Source of the DNA: an uncultured virus (IMG/VR IMGVR_UViG_3300042484_001031)
Taxonomy: Duplodnaviria; Heunggongvirae; Uroviricota; Caudoviricetes
Strand: one strand, 5' to 3'
DNA length: 64,000 nt
Virus record (IMG/VR): IMGVR_UViG_3300042484_001031
Location: 1-64,000 of that record
Below are positions 38,001 to 47,078 of the stretch, in pieces; position 1 is the first letter of the stretch, and the number at the start of each line of letters is the position of its first letter. The translations under genes were made by a program, and so were the position numbers. Under the pieces are notes generated by a model. That model searched no databases. It was given only the letters and a program-made list of their open reading frames with translations, and was not told the origin of the DNA.

Positions 38001-38775
38001 ATGCGTTAGCTACTTGACCAGAGATATTAGCAGCCTGAATATTACTTAGATTATTACCGCTACCTGCAAAATAATTAGCTGTAGCTAGATTACCTAAATT
38101 AGCATTACTGGCTGTGATATTACCGCTAGCAATAAATGTATTAGCACTGATAACATTTGCATTAGTGATGTTGCCACCAGAGCCATTACCGGCAATAATA
38201 TTTCCTGCAGTTAAATTACCTGTTACATTAGCTGTACCTGATATGTTAGCACCAGTTCCAGTGATAACAACTACGTTGGCATTACCAATAGCACTAAAGT
38301 TTATATTGCCATTTGCAGACGGAATATTTACATTACTATTGCCGTTACTAATACTTGCTCCGCCACCTCCACCGCCTGATTGAGCTACCCAAGATAGAGT
38401 ACCTGCACCATCTGTACTTAGTACGTATGCGTTTGTACCACCACTAATATGTAGATTACCTACTGCTCCCAATGTAACATTAGCAGTAGTTGTAAAATCA
38501 ACTACACCAGTTGCGTTACTTACTGTTAATCCTGTTAATGATCCAGTTGAAGTGATATTTGGTTGAGCATTTGTATATACAGTACCAGCAACTGTTGCAT
38601 TAGATACTTGACCAGTAACATTACCACCTGTTATATTGCTTAAGTTATTACCGGCTCCACTAAAGAAATTAGCTATTGCTAGATTACCTAGATTAGCGTT
38701 ATCTGTGGCAATATTGGCAAAGGTATAGTTAGCAGTGGTGTCTAGGTTAAACGGTTGTAACTTTGTAATTGCCAT
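35095..38775 (-). CDS. tail fibre stalk protein with a cupredoxin-like domain
   Basis: TNAQPNITSVG and VLSTDGxGxLSW repeats; GHPF...CSIHGGM. Confidence 0.8.
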   Translation of the reverse strand: MAITKLQPFNLDTTANYTFANIATDNANLGNLAIANFFSGAGNNLSNITGGNVTGQVSNATVAGTVYTNAQPNITSTGSLTGLTVSNATGVVDFTTTANVTLGAVGNLHISGGTNAYVLSTDGAGTLSWVAQSGGGGGGASISNGNSNVNIPSANGNINFSAIGNANVVVITGTGANISGTANVTGNLTAGNIIAGNGSGGNITNANVISANTFIASGNITASNANLGNLATANYFAGSGNNLSNIQAANISGQVANALVSGTIYTNAQPNITSVGTLTDISVSGNGVFGGNLTVNGTLTYINSTTLSISDPIINLQTGPNGAAPVANSGKDVGTALNYYDTSAKIAWMGWDISNAEIAFGSNVSISSEVVTYDTLANIRSGNAQLGNTVTANFFTGSGNNLSNIQGGNVSGQVPNALISSTVYTNAQPNITSVGSLTGLTVSNVTGVVDFTTTANVTLGAVGNLHISGGTNAYVLSTDGAGTLSWVAQSGGGGGGASISNGNSNVNIPAANGNINLTAVGNTTMIVTGTGANISGTANITGNLSAGNIIAGNGSGGNITNANVISANTFIATGNISAGNANLGNLAIANFFSGAGNNLSNITASNITGQVANALISGTVYTNAQPNITSVGSLTSLDVTGNTTSGNANLGNLVTANFFTGNGSQLSALTFGNITTFSTAGLTTDELYLQATTRLNVTASGASGYLFDQYGATLNPAIYITSGQTLAFNLNVSGHPFLIQTSGGANYSTGLEYVDTAGTVLTTTSAQGQIAGTLYWKVPYGIVGNYKYQCSIHGGMNGNIVVTDANVANITVGTANSVAGGNVTGNVANANFSGFVTGNAQGNITSVGSLTGLTVSNVTGVVDFTTTANVTLGAVANLHISGGTNGYVLSTDGSSTLSWVAQSGGGGSPGGTDTQVQFNDSSAFGGNAGLTFNKTTTTLTANNFVVTSTANLGSNANVIITGGTNGYVLSTNGAGGLSWIASGGGGGGGASISNGTSIVDIATSGGNVTTSVGGTANVLVVTTTGANITGTLNVTGQSNLGAVGNVVITGGTNGYVLSTNGAGGLSWIASGGGGGGGASISNGTSNVNIATVDGNITMGVAGVANVVTVSSSGVSAAIKPRIDTIADGTTVTINADITDLAIQTNTQTAGTLTIAAPSGTPYQGQKLMFRLQSTNVQTFSWNAVFNGSTDLNLPSTSSGSSKYDYVGFIYNSTQSKWNVISKNFGF

Positions 38776-38839
38776 GTAGTAAATCTCTTATATGTTAGTC
38801 TATCTATGTATTTAATCCAATTTGACTACTAACATGTTA

Positions 38840-39196
38840 CTAAGGTGTGATAATTTCAACCCAAGATGTTGTATCTTCATCCCAACTGTACATTTTACCG
38901 TCATCTGGCATTGGTGTAGGGGCTTCGTATAAGCATGTATCTTCATTTAATACCCAACTGTTAAATGGTTGTGGTGGTATAAATGCATCTCTAGTACTAT
39001 CATATGTGTAACCTATACCAGCATAATTTTTACGTAATGGTGTGCCACCTTGTGTATGTACACCACCAGATGTATTATAGCTTGTTTGAATCCAGCTGTT
39101 TGGATCTCCAAATAGACCAGTATCTACTACATCCTGTTCTATTACGATTACTTGTGTTACGATGTTATTTTCATCTATTTGTGCGAAGTGACTCAT
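38840..39196 (-). CDS. conserved fibre-associated small protein (MSHFAQIDENN...)
   Basis: WIQTSYN...RKNYAGIGYTYD...F.PP.P..SW; SD AAGGA. Confidence 0.75.
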   Translation of the reverse strand: MSHFAQIDENNIVTQVIVIEQDVVDTGLFGDPNSWIQTSYNTSGGVHTQGGTPLRKNYAGIGYTYDSTRDAFIPPQPFNSWVLNEDTCLYEAPTPMPDDGKMYSWDEDTTSWVEIITP

Positions 39197-39224
39197 TTTT
39201 ATTTCCTTTAAGTTATTTATTTGT

Positions 39225-41960
39225 TTAATTGATTGGGAACGCAGTTGTTGGTGGAGTAAAGTTAGCAGTATAACGTGCATAACCTTTTGTAATGCGGAAA
39301 TCATTAATATATCCTGTCATCGCATAACTTGTACCCGGAGTTGAATAGAACAAAGCAAGATATGCAAGTGCAGTTGTTACATTTTGTGAATCGGCTATTG
39401 AACTACCCGAAGTTGGCAAGATTCCATTTACATATACCTTGACAGTACCGGCTGATCTAACCAATGCTAAATATGTCCATGTGTTGGCAGTTATAGTAGA
39501 TGAAGTGTTTGTAAAAGTATTACCAGCGTAATATTGAATTACCCCTGCTGAGGTTACACCAATTGCATAACCCGCATTAGTTCCCGCTATAGCAGTCGCA
39601 TTGATATGAAAGAAACCTTGTGCGTAAGTTGGGCTTGTTGCGTAGAACCATCCTTCAATTGTAAAATCTCCAGTTCCCATTCCTAAACTAGTAGAGATGG
39701 GTGTTACCAACCAATCACCAGTACCATCAAAGTACATACTGCTTCCACCAAATTGACTTTGTGTAGTAGAAATCTGTGCATTACCAACTGTTTCTAAATT
39801 GTTCATCATTGCATTGTCAATGATACCAGCATTTGTCATATTAAGCAATAATGCGGTATTTGTTACTGCTGTTACTGGCTGTGATGGTGGTACAAAGTTA
39901 CTGGTGTAGACTGCTGTACCTCTAACAAAACGATAGTTAGAAATATTACCAAACCAATCAGGACTAGTACCGTCTTGAGTTCTACCTATCTCAAACATAT
40001 TAAATGTAGTAAAAGGTATACTTGAGGCAGCAGATGACGAATTTACTGTAATGTCTATCACACCATTTACATATACATAAAATACCCCTGCATTTCTAAC
40101 CAAAGCAACATGCGTCCATGCATTGGGGGTTATAGTAGCCGCACCTTCAGAACCACTGCCTCCAAGCTCTGCACTGCCATTAGCTAGTAGGTACAAATTT
40201 ATTCTGTTTGCCCCATTTGATAACCTAAACATTAATCTATTAGAACCATATCCCGCTGAAGGATAGTAAATACAAATTCCTCTACCGTATTGACTACCAG
40301 CATAACCATTATTATATACCCAGCATTCTATAGTAAAGTCTGCCGCATTTGTTGCTAGTGCTAATGCAGAATTTGCGGCAGTAACTAAATAATCCCCTAC
40401 TCCATCAAAATACCCTGACCCACCAATTGTATTTGATGTGTAACCATTAGTTGTTGCAGTAGTAAAACCGAATGGGTTTTGTTGTGTTGGGCGACTATTG
40501 CCAACAGCAGTAATTGCAAAGTTGTTTGTGCTATTGTCAATGAATGTGGGTGATTGGCAGGTCAACAATGATGTGTTTGTGATTGCAGTAAGTGGTGATG
40601 TGGGGACAGTAATTGTTGTTGAGGTTGGGTCGTAAACATTAGAGCCAACAACCAATCTTGCGTTGGAAATATATCCAATCCAATTTCTTGAAACTATTCC
40701 ACCTGTGTATCCTATAGCGGCAGAAGTTGTATAACTATATGTATCTGATACTGTTCCTGTACTTGATCTAACACCATTGAAAAATACTGTTGCTACGTTG
40801 CTTGAATTTCTTACAAAAGCAACATGGTTCCAAGTATTTGCGGATATTGTTGAAACAGTATAATTATCAGCCGCTACGCCATATCTGTCAAAAGAAAAAG
40901 TTGTAGAGTTATTAAGGTTACAATTTAATCCACCAGCAATAGCACTACCCGGCCCAATGAAAGACGATATTCCGCTAAAAGAACCTGTGTAATAAAACCA
41001 ACATTCAAACGTCATTGCTCCTGTACCTACTGTAGTACCGGACCAAGTCAAATAATCTCCCGTACCATCAAAATAACCACTATAACTAGTTGGAGTTATT
41101 GATGATGGACTGAATGGACTAAATCTTTGTACACTTACATCACCAAACTTGGTAACAGTAAAGTTGTTTATACTATCATCAATTAATCTATTGTCAGCGC
41201 AGGTTAATAAACTTGTGTTAGTAATAGGTGTTAATGGTGTTGTCGGTGGAGTAAATGCCGATGTATATACTGCAGTACCTTTTATATATCTTAGATTAGA
41301 AATATATCCATAGAAAAAATTGGTGCCTGTATGTGTATATCTACCTATTGTAGGTATCAATGTTGTGTCATTAAAATTAGTGGTGTTGGCTGTCGCGGTT
41401 CCGGCAATACCATTAAGATATACTGTCACCGATCCACTGATTCTAACGACTGCAAAATGATTCCATGTACCAACTGTCCAATTATTGGCTCCACTAGAGA
41501 TAACAGAACCCCCTCCGCTGGATGTACCAACAAAATTAATAGCGCCGTTGGATACAAAAATTACAAAGTAGTTAGTGCCGGACACTGCTTGACCATAAAC
41601 TATACCACCGGCTGCAGACATCAAATCAGTAGCGTTAAACCAACCTTCAACCGTAAAGTCACCAGTACCCGGTGCAAAAGCAGAGCTAGCAGGAACAGTT
41701 AAATAATCACTACCATCAAAGTAGTTACTCCAGTTACCACCATAAGGACTAAACGTACCTTGCGTAGTATTACCATTACGAGTGATAGCAAAGTTATTTG
41801 TACTACCATCTGTAAATGTATTATTTTGTGCACCGTTAGTTCCATTGCCTGGTAACAATAATGTATTGTACATGAAGTATGGATCATTTGCGGCTGCCGT
41901 GCTAGCGCCTACAATTGTTATTCCACCACCTGATATTGTTAATCCTGTTAATATTGCCAT
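39225..41960 (-). CDS. LamG/concanavalin A-like lectin domain protein (4 domains)
   Basis: Four YFDG..DYL / FTxExW / W.H.A.VR / GYI...R units. Confidence 0.88.
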   Translation of the reverse strand: MAILTGLTISGGGITIVGASTAAANDPYFMYNTLLLPGNGTNGAQNNTFTDGSTNNFAITRNGNTTQGTFSPYGGNWSNYFDGSDYLTVPASSAFAPGTGDFTVEGWFNATDLMSAAGGIVYGQAVSGTNYFVIFVSNGAINFVGTSSGGGSVISSGANNWTVGTWNHFAVVRISGSVTVYLNGIAGTATANTTNFNDTTLIPTIGRYTHTGTNFFYGYISNLRYIKGTAVYTSAFTPPTTPLTPITNTSLLTCADNRLIDDSINNFTVTKFGDVSVQRFSPFSPSSITPTSYSGYFDGTGDYLTWSGTTVGTGAMTFECWFYYTGSFSGISSFIGPGSAIAGGLNCNLNNSTTFSFDRYGVAADNYTVSTISANTWNHVAFVRNSSNVATVFFNGVRSSTGTVSDTYSYTTSAAIGYTGGIVSRNWIGYISNARLVVGSNVYDPTSTTITVPTSPLTAITNTSLLTCQSPTFIDNSTNNFAITAVGNSRPTQQNPFGFTTATTNGYTSNTIGGSGYFDGVGDYLVTAANSALALATNAADFTIECWVYNNGYAGSQYGRGICIYYPSAGYGSNRLMFRLSNGANRINLYLLANGSAELGGSGSEGAATITPNAWTHVALVRNAGVFYVYVNGVIDITVNSSSAASSIPFTTFNMFEIGRTQDGTSPDWFGNISNYRFVRGTAVYTSNFVPPSQPVTAVTNTALLLNMTNAGIIDNAMMNNLETVGNAQISTTQSQFGGSSMYFDGTGDWLVTPISTSLGMGTGDFTIEGWFYATSPTYAQGFFHINATAIAGTNAGYAIGVTSAGVIQYYAGNTFTNTSSTITANTWTYLALVRSAGTVKVYVNGILPTSGSSIADSQNVTTALAYLALFYSTPGTSYAMTGYINDFRITKGYARYTANFTPPTTAFPIN

Positions 41961-41968
41961 AATTTACC

Positions 41969-42898
41969 TTAAAACGTTATTGAACCTGAACTGGTCCATT
42001 GATATACTCTATATCCACCTGCAGTGGTTATTGTTGGACTACCTGTTGTACTTGCAGCGGCAGCATATGTGTCAGCATAGCGAATGATTACGATACCAGA
42101 ACCTCCGTTACCAGCTAAGCCCGTACCATGTGAACCACCTCCACCTCCACCGGTATTTACTGTGCCTGAGGCAGCAAAGCGATTAACGCCATTAGCAGAA
42201 CTACTACCGGCACCACCTCCACCATTGCCACCGTCACCACCTGTTTGCCCAGCTAAAGCGAGGCTATTTCCACCTCCACCTCCACCACCGGAGTAATAAG
42301 TTGATGTCCCGGTAATACTAGACGCAGATCCAATACCTCCTGCGCCGCCGCCTCCTGTACCTAGATTCATAGAATTTTGACCAACCGCGCCAGCACCACC
42401 ACCACCACCGCCGGCATACCCAACACCACTTTGAGCTGTACCTATTCCGCCATTGTTTCCTTGTCCTACTGTACCATTTCCACCAGAACCATTTTCTCCA
42501 CTATTACCACCAGCGGCTCCGCCACCACCAGAACCACCTGAATTTCCAGTGCTAGCTCCAGAGGCTGCACCGGATCCACCACCTCCACCTACTGTGTTGG
42601 TTACTCCTGTTAGAGATGATAATGTTCCGTTACTCCCGAGTGTAGATGTTGAACCACTTGCGCCGGCACCTCCTGAACCTACTGTTACCGTATAAGGGGT
42701 GCCGGATGATATACTAGATAATGTTCCTGTAAGATATCCCCCAGCACCACCGCCACCCCCGCCGCCGTTAGGATTATTACCTCCACCACCGGCGCCGGCA
42801 ACTACTAGATATTCTACTGACGGAGTAACTGCTGGACCATCACTACCTGCGATAGACCATCCTCCCGTTATTGTTACGCCTGAAAAAGTTAATGCCAT
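41969..42898 (-). CDS. glycine-rich tail tip/fibre protein
   Basis: VEYLVVAGAGGGG...GGSGIVIIRY; start moved to ATG 42898. Confidence 0.8.
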   Translation of the reverse strand: MALTFSGVTITGGWSIAGSDGPAVTPSVEYLVVAGAGGGGNNPNGGGGGGGAGGYLTGTLSSISSGTPYTVTVGSGGAGASGSTSTLGSNGTLSSLTGVTNTVGGGGGSGAASGASTGNSGGSGGGGAAGGNSGENGSGGNGTVGQGNNGGIGTAQSGVGYAGGGGGGAGAVGQNSMNLGTGGGGAGGIGSASSITGTSTYYSGGGGGGGNSLALAGQTGGDGGNGGGGAGSSSANGVNRFAASGTVNTGGGGGGSHGTGLAGNGGSGIVIIRYADTYAAAASTTGSPTITTAGGYRVYQWTSSGSITF

Positions 42899-42917
42899 TG
42901 TGTGTTTTATCCTATAC

Positions 42918-43796
42918 TTAGAATGTGATTGACCCTGAACTGGTCCATACGTAAACTCTATATCCACCTGCAACTGTTATTGTCGGAGATCCAGTAGTAG
43001 CTGTTGCAGCCACATATGCATCTGAATAGCGAATGATTACAATGCCGGAACCTCCGGTACCCCCAATAGCAGCCGGGTATCCAGAGCCACCACCACCGCC
43101 ACCGGTATTTACTGTGCCAAAAGATGCGTTACCTGACAAAGCACCGTTGCCGCCTCCACCACTACCACCATTACCAGCGGTTCCGCCATTTGACCCTGCG
43201 CCACCGCCACCTGCATATTGAGTAGCAGTTCCTGATATACTAGATGCGGTACCTGCGCCGCCGACACCACCTTGTCCCAAAACAGCAGTACCGCCTGAAT
43301 TAGTTGAGCCACCTCCACCACCGGCTGCACTACTACTACCACTACCTCCTGATTGTCCCTCTGGAGGTGAATAAGAGCCAGAGTTACCTGATCCAGGTGA
43401 AGAACTATTTCTACCTGTTCCTCCACCTGAGCCACCACTTACACCTGCTTCCCCTAAATCGTATCCACCTCGGCCACCACCGGTTGCTGTTATTGCGCCA
43501 AAAACACTATTAGATCCATTAACTCCAGGACTTGTTTGATTTCCCCCGCCCCCACCTGCGCCGACGGTGACTGTAATTGGTGTGCCAATTGTAATAGCAA
43601 GCCCTGTATTAGTTCTATATCCACCGGCTCCACCTCCACCACCAATTTGTCCACCACCGCCACCGCCGCCAGCAACGACCAAATATTCAACCGAGGAAAG
43701 CGCCAGTAATGGCCAGTTTGATCCCATTAAATTATTACGTACATCCGTTAGTGACCACAGACCACTAGCACCAACCGGAGATGGAAATTGAGCCAT
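42918..43796 (-). CDS. glycine-rich tail tip/fibre protein (paralog of neighbour)
   Basis: VEYLVVAGGGGGG...GGSGIVIIRY...WTSSGSITF. Confidence 0.8.
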   Translation of the reverse strand: MAQFPSPVGASGLWSLTDVRNNLMGSNWPLLALSSVEYLVVAGGGGGGGQIGGGGGAGGYRTNTGLAITIGTPITVTVGAGGGGGNQTSPGVNGSNSVFGAITATGGGRGGYDLGEAGVSGGSGGGTGRNSSSPGSGNSGSYSPPEGQSGGSGSSSAAGGGGGSTNSGGTAVLGQGGVGGAGTASSISGTATQYAGGGGAGSNGGTAGNGGSGGGGNGALSGNASFGTVNTGGGGGGSGYPAAIGGTGGSGIVIIRYSDAYVAATATTGSPTITVAGGYRVYVWTSSGSITF

Positions 43797-43797
43797 T

Positions 43798-44169
43798 TTA
43801 ACTTATATCCTCATAACTACATGTAACAATAAGAGTATTTGCAGTGCCTGCAGATGCTCCTAAACTATTATTTTCCTCCAAATAATATTGTGTATTTTTT
43901 TGTATAACTGTTACTGTTCCACCAGACGGTATTGTAACATTTCCTGCAATCGCAAATGCTGTACCACCAACGTTGGCTGCGTTATACCAAGCTACAGTTA
44001 CGGAGGCTGTATTAGCTCCGTAATTAGCTACATTTAATGTGTTTACTTTTAAGCATTTGCCACTACCAGCCGCATTGTTTAATACCGTAGTTGCGCTTGT
44101 ACTTGTTAGGTTTGCACCCGTTGTTTTACCATTGATTGTTGTTGCACTGATTATGTTTGGTGCTGCCAT
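43798..44169 (-). CDS. small fibre adaptor-like protein
   Basis: 123-aa beta-rich ORF between stalk and tip genes. Confidence 0.7.
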   Translation of the reverse strand: MAAPNIISATTINGKTTGANLTSTSATTVLNNAAGSGKCLKVNTLNVANYGANTASVTVAWYNAANVGGTAFAIAGNVTIPSGGTVTVIQKNTQYYLEENNSLGASAGTANTLIVTCSYEDIS

Positions 44170-44170
44170 G

Positions 44171-47044
44171 TTATCCTCCGAATATTAATGAATAGCCTAC
44201 TGCGGCAGCTGATGATGCTCCACCAGCGGTTAAATTGATTGTTGTTACTTCTATGTAACTACCATTTGCCGGAGCACTACTGAATGTTATATTAGCGTTA
44301 GCCAATGTATAATCTGTTCGTAATACTGTTGCTCCGTTATAGTTAACACTAGTTTGATTTATGCCAATTGGCGTAGTGCTTAAAGTAAATATTGTTTGTA
44401 CACCGTTTCCAGTAAAGTTGTCTACAGTTACGTTTGCCGCATTACCACCACTTTGTGCTACCCAATCTAAGTTTCCTGCACCATCTGTCTGTAATACATA
44501 ATTAGCAGTACCACCTGTAATAATTACGTTACCAACTGCACCCAAATTACTTTGTCCAGTAACATTTAATGTACCGGCTACATTAACTCCTGTGCCTGTT
44601 ACTACAACTACGTTAGCATTACCCACAGCACTAAAGTTAATATTGCCATTTGCAGCCGGAATGTTTACATTACTATTGCCGTTACTGATACTAGCACCGC
44701 CTCCACCACCTGATTGTGCTACCCAACTTAATGTACCTGATCCATCTGTACTTAGTACATAACCATTAGTACCACCTGATATATGTAAATTACCTACTGA
44801 ACCTAAGGTGACATTAGCTGTGGTTGTAAAGTCAACTATACCAGTTGCATTGCTTACTGTTAACCCAGTTAAACTACCAACTGAAGTTATGTTTGGTTGT
44901 GCATTAGTTGTTAGTGTACCTGTAAAATAATTAGCACTTACTAAATTACCACCAGTAATGCTTCCCCCAGATCCAGCACCAGCTGTAATATTACCCGCAA
45001 CTAAATTACCAGTTACATTGGCTGTACCGCTAATGTTAGCACCTGTACCAGTTATAACTACTACGTTAGCATTACCCACTGCACTAAAGTTTATATTGCC
45101 ATTAGCTACTGGAATACTGACATTACTATTGCCGTTACTGATATTACTTGTAGAACCACTAATAACAGTAGACCAAGTTAATGTACCGGATCCATCTGTC
45201 TGTAAATATTGACCATTTGATCCACCTGCTATGTGTAGGTTAGCTACAGCACCAAGAGTAACGTTAGCTGTTGTTGTAAAATCAACTATACCGGTTGCGT
45301 TACTTACGGTTAATCCTGTTAATGAACCAACTGAAGTTATGTTTGGTTGTGCATTTGTTGTTACGGTACCCGCAGTCGTTGCTGAATTGGCAGTTCCATA
45401 AAAGTTACCAATGAAATAATTAGCTGTTGCTAGATTACCTAAATTAGCATTAGCACCTGTAATATTACCTGTAACAGTTAAACTGGTTAATGAACCAACA
45501 CTTGTTATGTTAGGTTGTGCATTAGTTGTTAGTGTACCGGTAATATAATTAGCAGATAATAAGTTACCACCAGTGATACTACCACCAGAGCCAGCACCAG
45601 CTGTAATATTACCGGCAGATAGATTACCTGTTACATTAGCTGTACCTGATATGTTTGCTCCGGTTCCAGTTATAACTACTACGTTAGCATTACCTACAGC
45701 ACTAAAGTTAATATTGCCATTGGCACTTGGTATATTTACATTACTATTACCATTAGATAAACCTGCTGTTGTAATACCAGTTAAATATATACCATTACCA
45801 GTAAAGAAATTAGCTGATACATTGTTACCTAAACTAGCATTACCAGAACGAATGTTAGCTAATTCAGTGAATGTAACTACCTCTGAGGAGATACCAACAT
45901 TACTACCAAATGCTATTTCTGCATTACTTATATCCCATCCCATCCAGGCTATCTTTGCGCTTGTATCATAATAATTAAGAGCAGTACCAACATCTTTACC
46001 GGTATTAGCAACTGGTGCAGCGCCATTTGGTCCTGTTTGTAAGTTAATGATTGGATCACTAATAGATAAGGTAGTTGAATTAATATATGTTAATGTGCCA
46101 TTAACTGTTAAATTTCCACCAAAAACGCCATTACCTGATATTGATAAATCTGTTAATGTACCAACACTTGTAATGTTTGGTTGAGCATTGGTGTATACCG
46201 TACCGGATACTAATGCATTGCTTACTTGACCGGATACATTAGCACCAGCTACACTATTAGCGGTTGTAGCAAAAGATACTGCGCCGGTTACATTACTACC
46301 TTGAATATTACTTAAATTATTGCCTGCTCCACTGAAGAAATTAGCTATAGCTAGATTACCTAAATCAGCGTTACCTGCAGTTATATTACCACTAGCAATA
46401 AATGTATTGGCTGATATAACATTCGCATTAGTGATATTACCACCGGAGCCATTACCTGCAATGATATTACCAGCAGATAGATTACCTGTGACATTAGCTG
46501 TACCTGATATGTTTGCACCAGTACCGGTAATTACCATTACAGTATTACCAACAGCAGTAAAATTTATATTGCCATTAGCTGACGGAATATTGACATTACT
46601 ATTGCCGTTACTGATACTAGCACCGCCTCCGCCACCTGATTGAGCTACCCAACTTAATGTACCAGATCCATCTGTTTGTAGCACATAGCCATTAGTTCCA
46701 CCGGTTATATGTACATTAGCTACTGGTCCTAATGCTACATTACTTGCACCAGTTAAGTCAGCAGTACCAGTAGAAGTTATACCAGTTAGTGTACCAACTG
46801 AAGTAATATTTGGTTGAGCATTAGTATATACAGTACCGGATACTAATGCGTTACCTACTTGTCCAGAAACATTACTACCTGCTATATTGCTTAAGTTATT
46901 ACCAGAGCCACTGAAGAAATTAGCTGTTGCTGTATTGCCAAGATCAGCGTTTAATGAAGATAGGTTACCCGTAGCAGTTACGTTATTGAACGTAAAGTCA
47001 CCTGTTGTGTCTATGATGTACGGTTCTATCTTTATTAAAGCCAT
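44171..47044 (-). CDS. tail fibre stalk protein
   Basis: Same repeat vocabulary as 35095..38775; C-terminal DNFTGNGVQT domain. Confidence 0.8.
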   Translation of the reverse strand: MALIKIEPYIIDTTGDFTFNNVTATGNLSSLNADLGNTATANFFSGSGNNLSNIAGSNVSGQVGNALVSGTVYTNAQPNITSVGTLTGITSTGTADLTGASNVALGPVANVHITGGTNGYVLQTDGSGTLSWVAQSGGGGGASISNGNSNVNIPSANGNINFTAVGNTVMVITGTGANISGTANVTGNLSAGNIIAGNGSGGNITNANVISANTFIASGNITAGNADLGNLAIANFFSGAGNNLSNIQGSNVTGAVSFATTANSVAGANVSGQVSNALVSGTVYTNAQPNITSVGTLTDLSISGNGVFGGNLTVNGTLTYINSTTLSISDPIINLQTGPNGAAPVANTGKDVGTALNYYDTSAKIAWMGWDISNAEIAFGSNVGISSEVVTFTELANIRSGNASLGNNVSANFFTGNGIYLTGITTAGLSNGNSNVNIPSANGNINFSAVGNANVVVITGTGANISGTANVTGNLSAGNITAGAGSGGSITGGNLLSANYITGTLTTNAQPNITSVGSLTSLTVTGNITGANANLGNLATANYFIGNFYGTANSATTAGTVTTNAQPNITSVGSLTGLTVSNATGIVDFTTTANVTLGAVANLHIAGGSNGQYLQTDGSGTLTWSTVISGSTSNISNGNSNVSIPVANGNINFSAVGNANVVVITGTGANISGTANVTGNLVAGNITAGAGSGGSITGGNLVSANYFTGTLTTNAQPNITSVGSLTGLTVSNATGIVDFTTTANVTLGSVGNLHISGGTNGYVLSTDGSGTLSWVAQSGGGGGASISNGNSNVNIPAANGNINFSAVGNANVVVVTGTGVNVAGTLNVTGQSNLGAVGNVIITGGTANYVLQTDGAGNLDWVAQSGGNAANVTVDNFTGNGVQTIFTLSTTPIGINQTSVNYNGATVLRTDYTLANANITFSSAPANGSYIEVTTINLTAGGASSAAAVGYSLIFGG

Positions 47045-47078
47045 TTGTTATCCTGTTATACTATATTTAGTCTTTTTA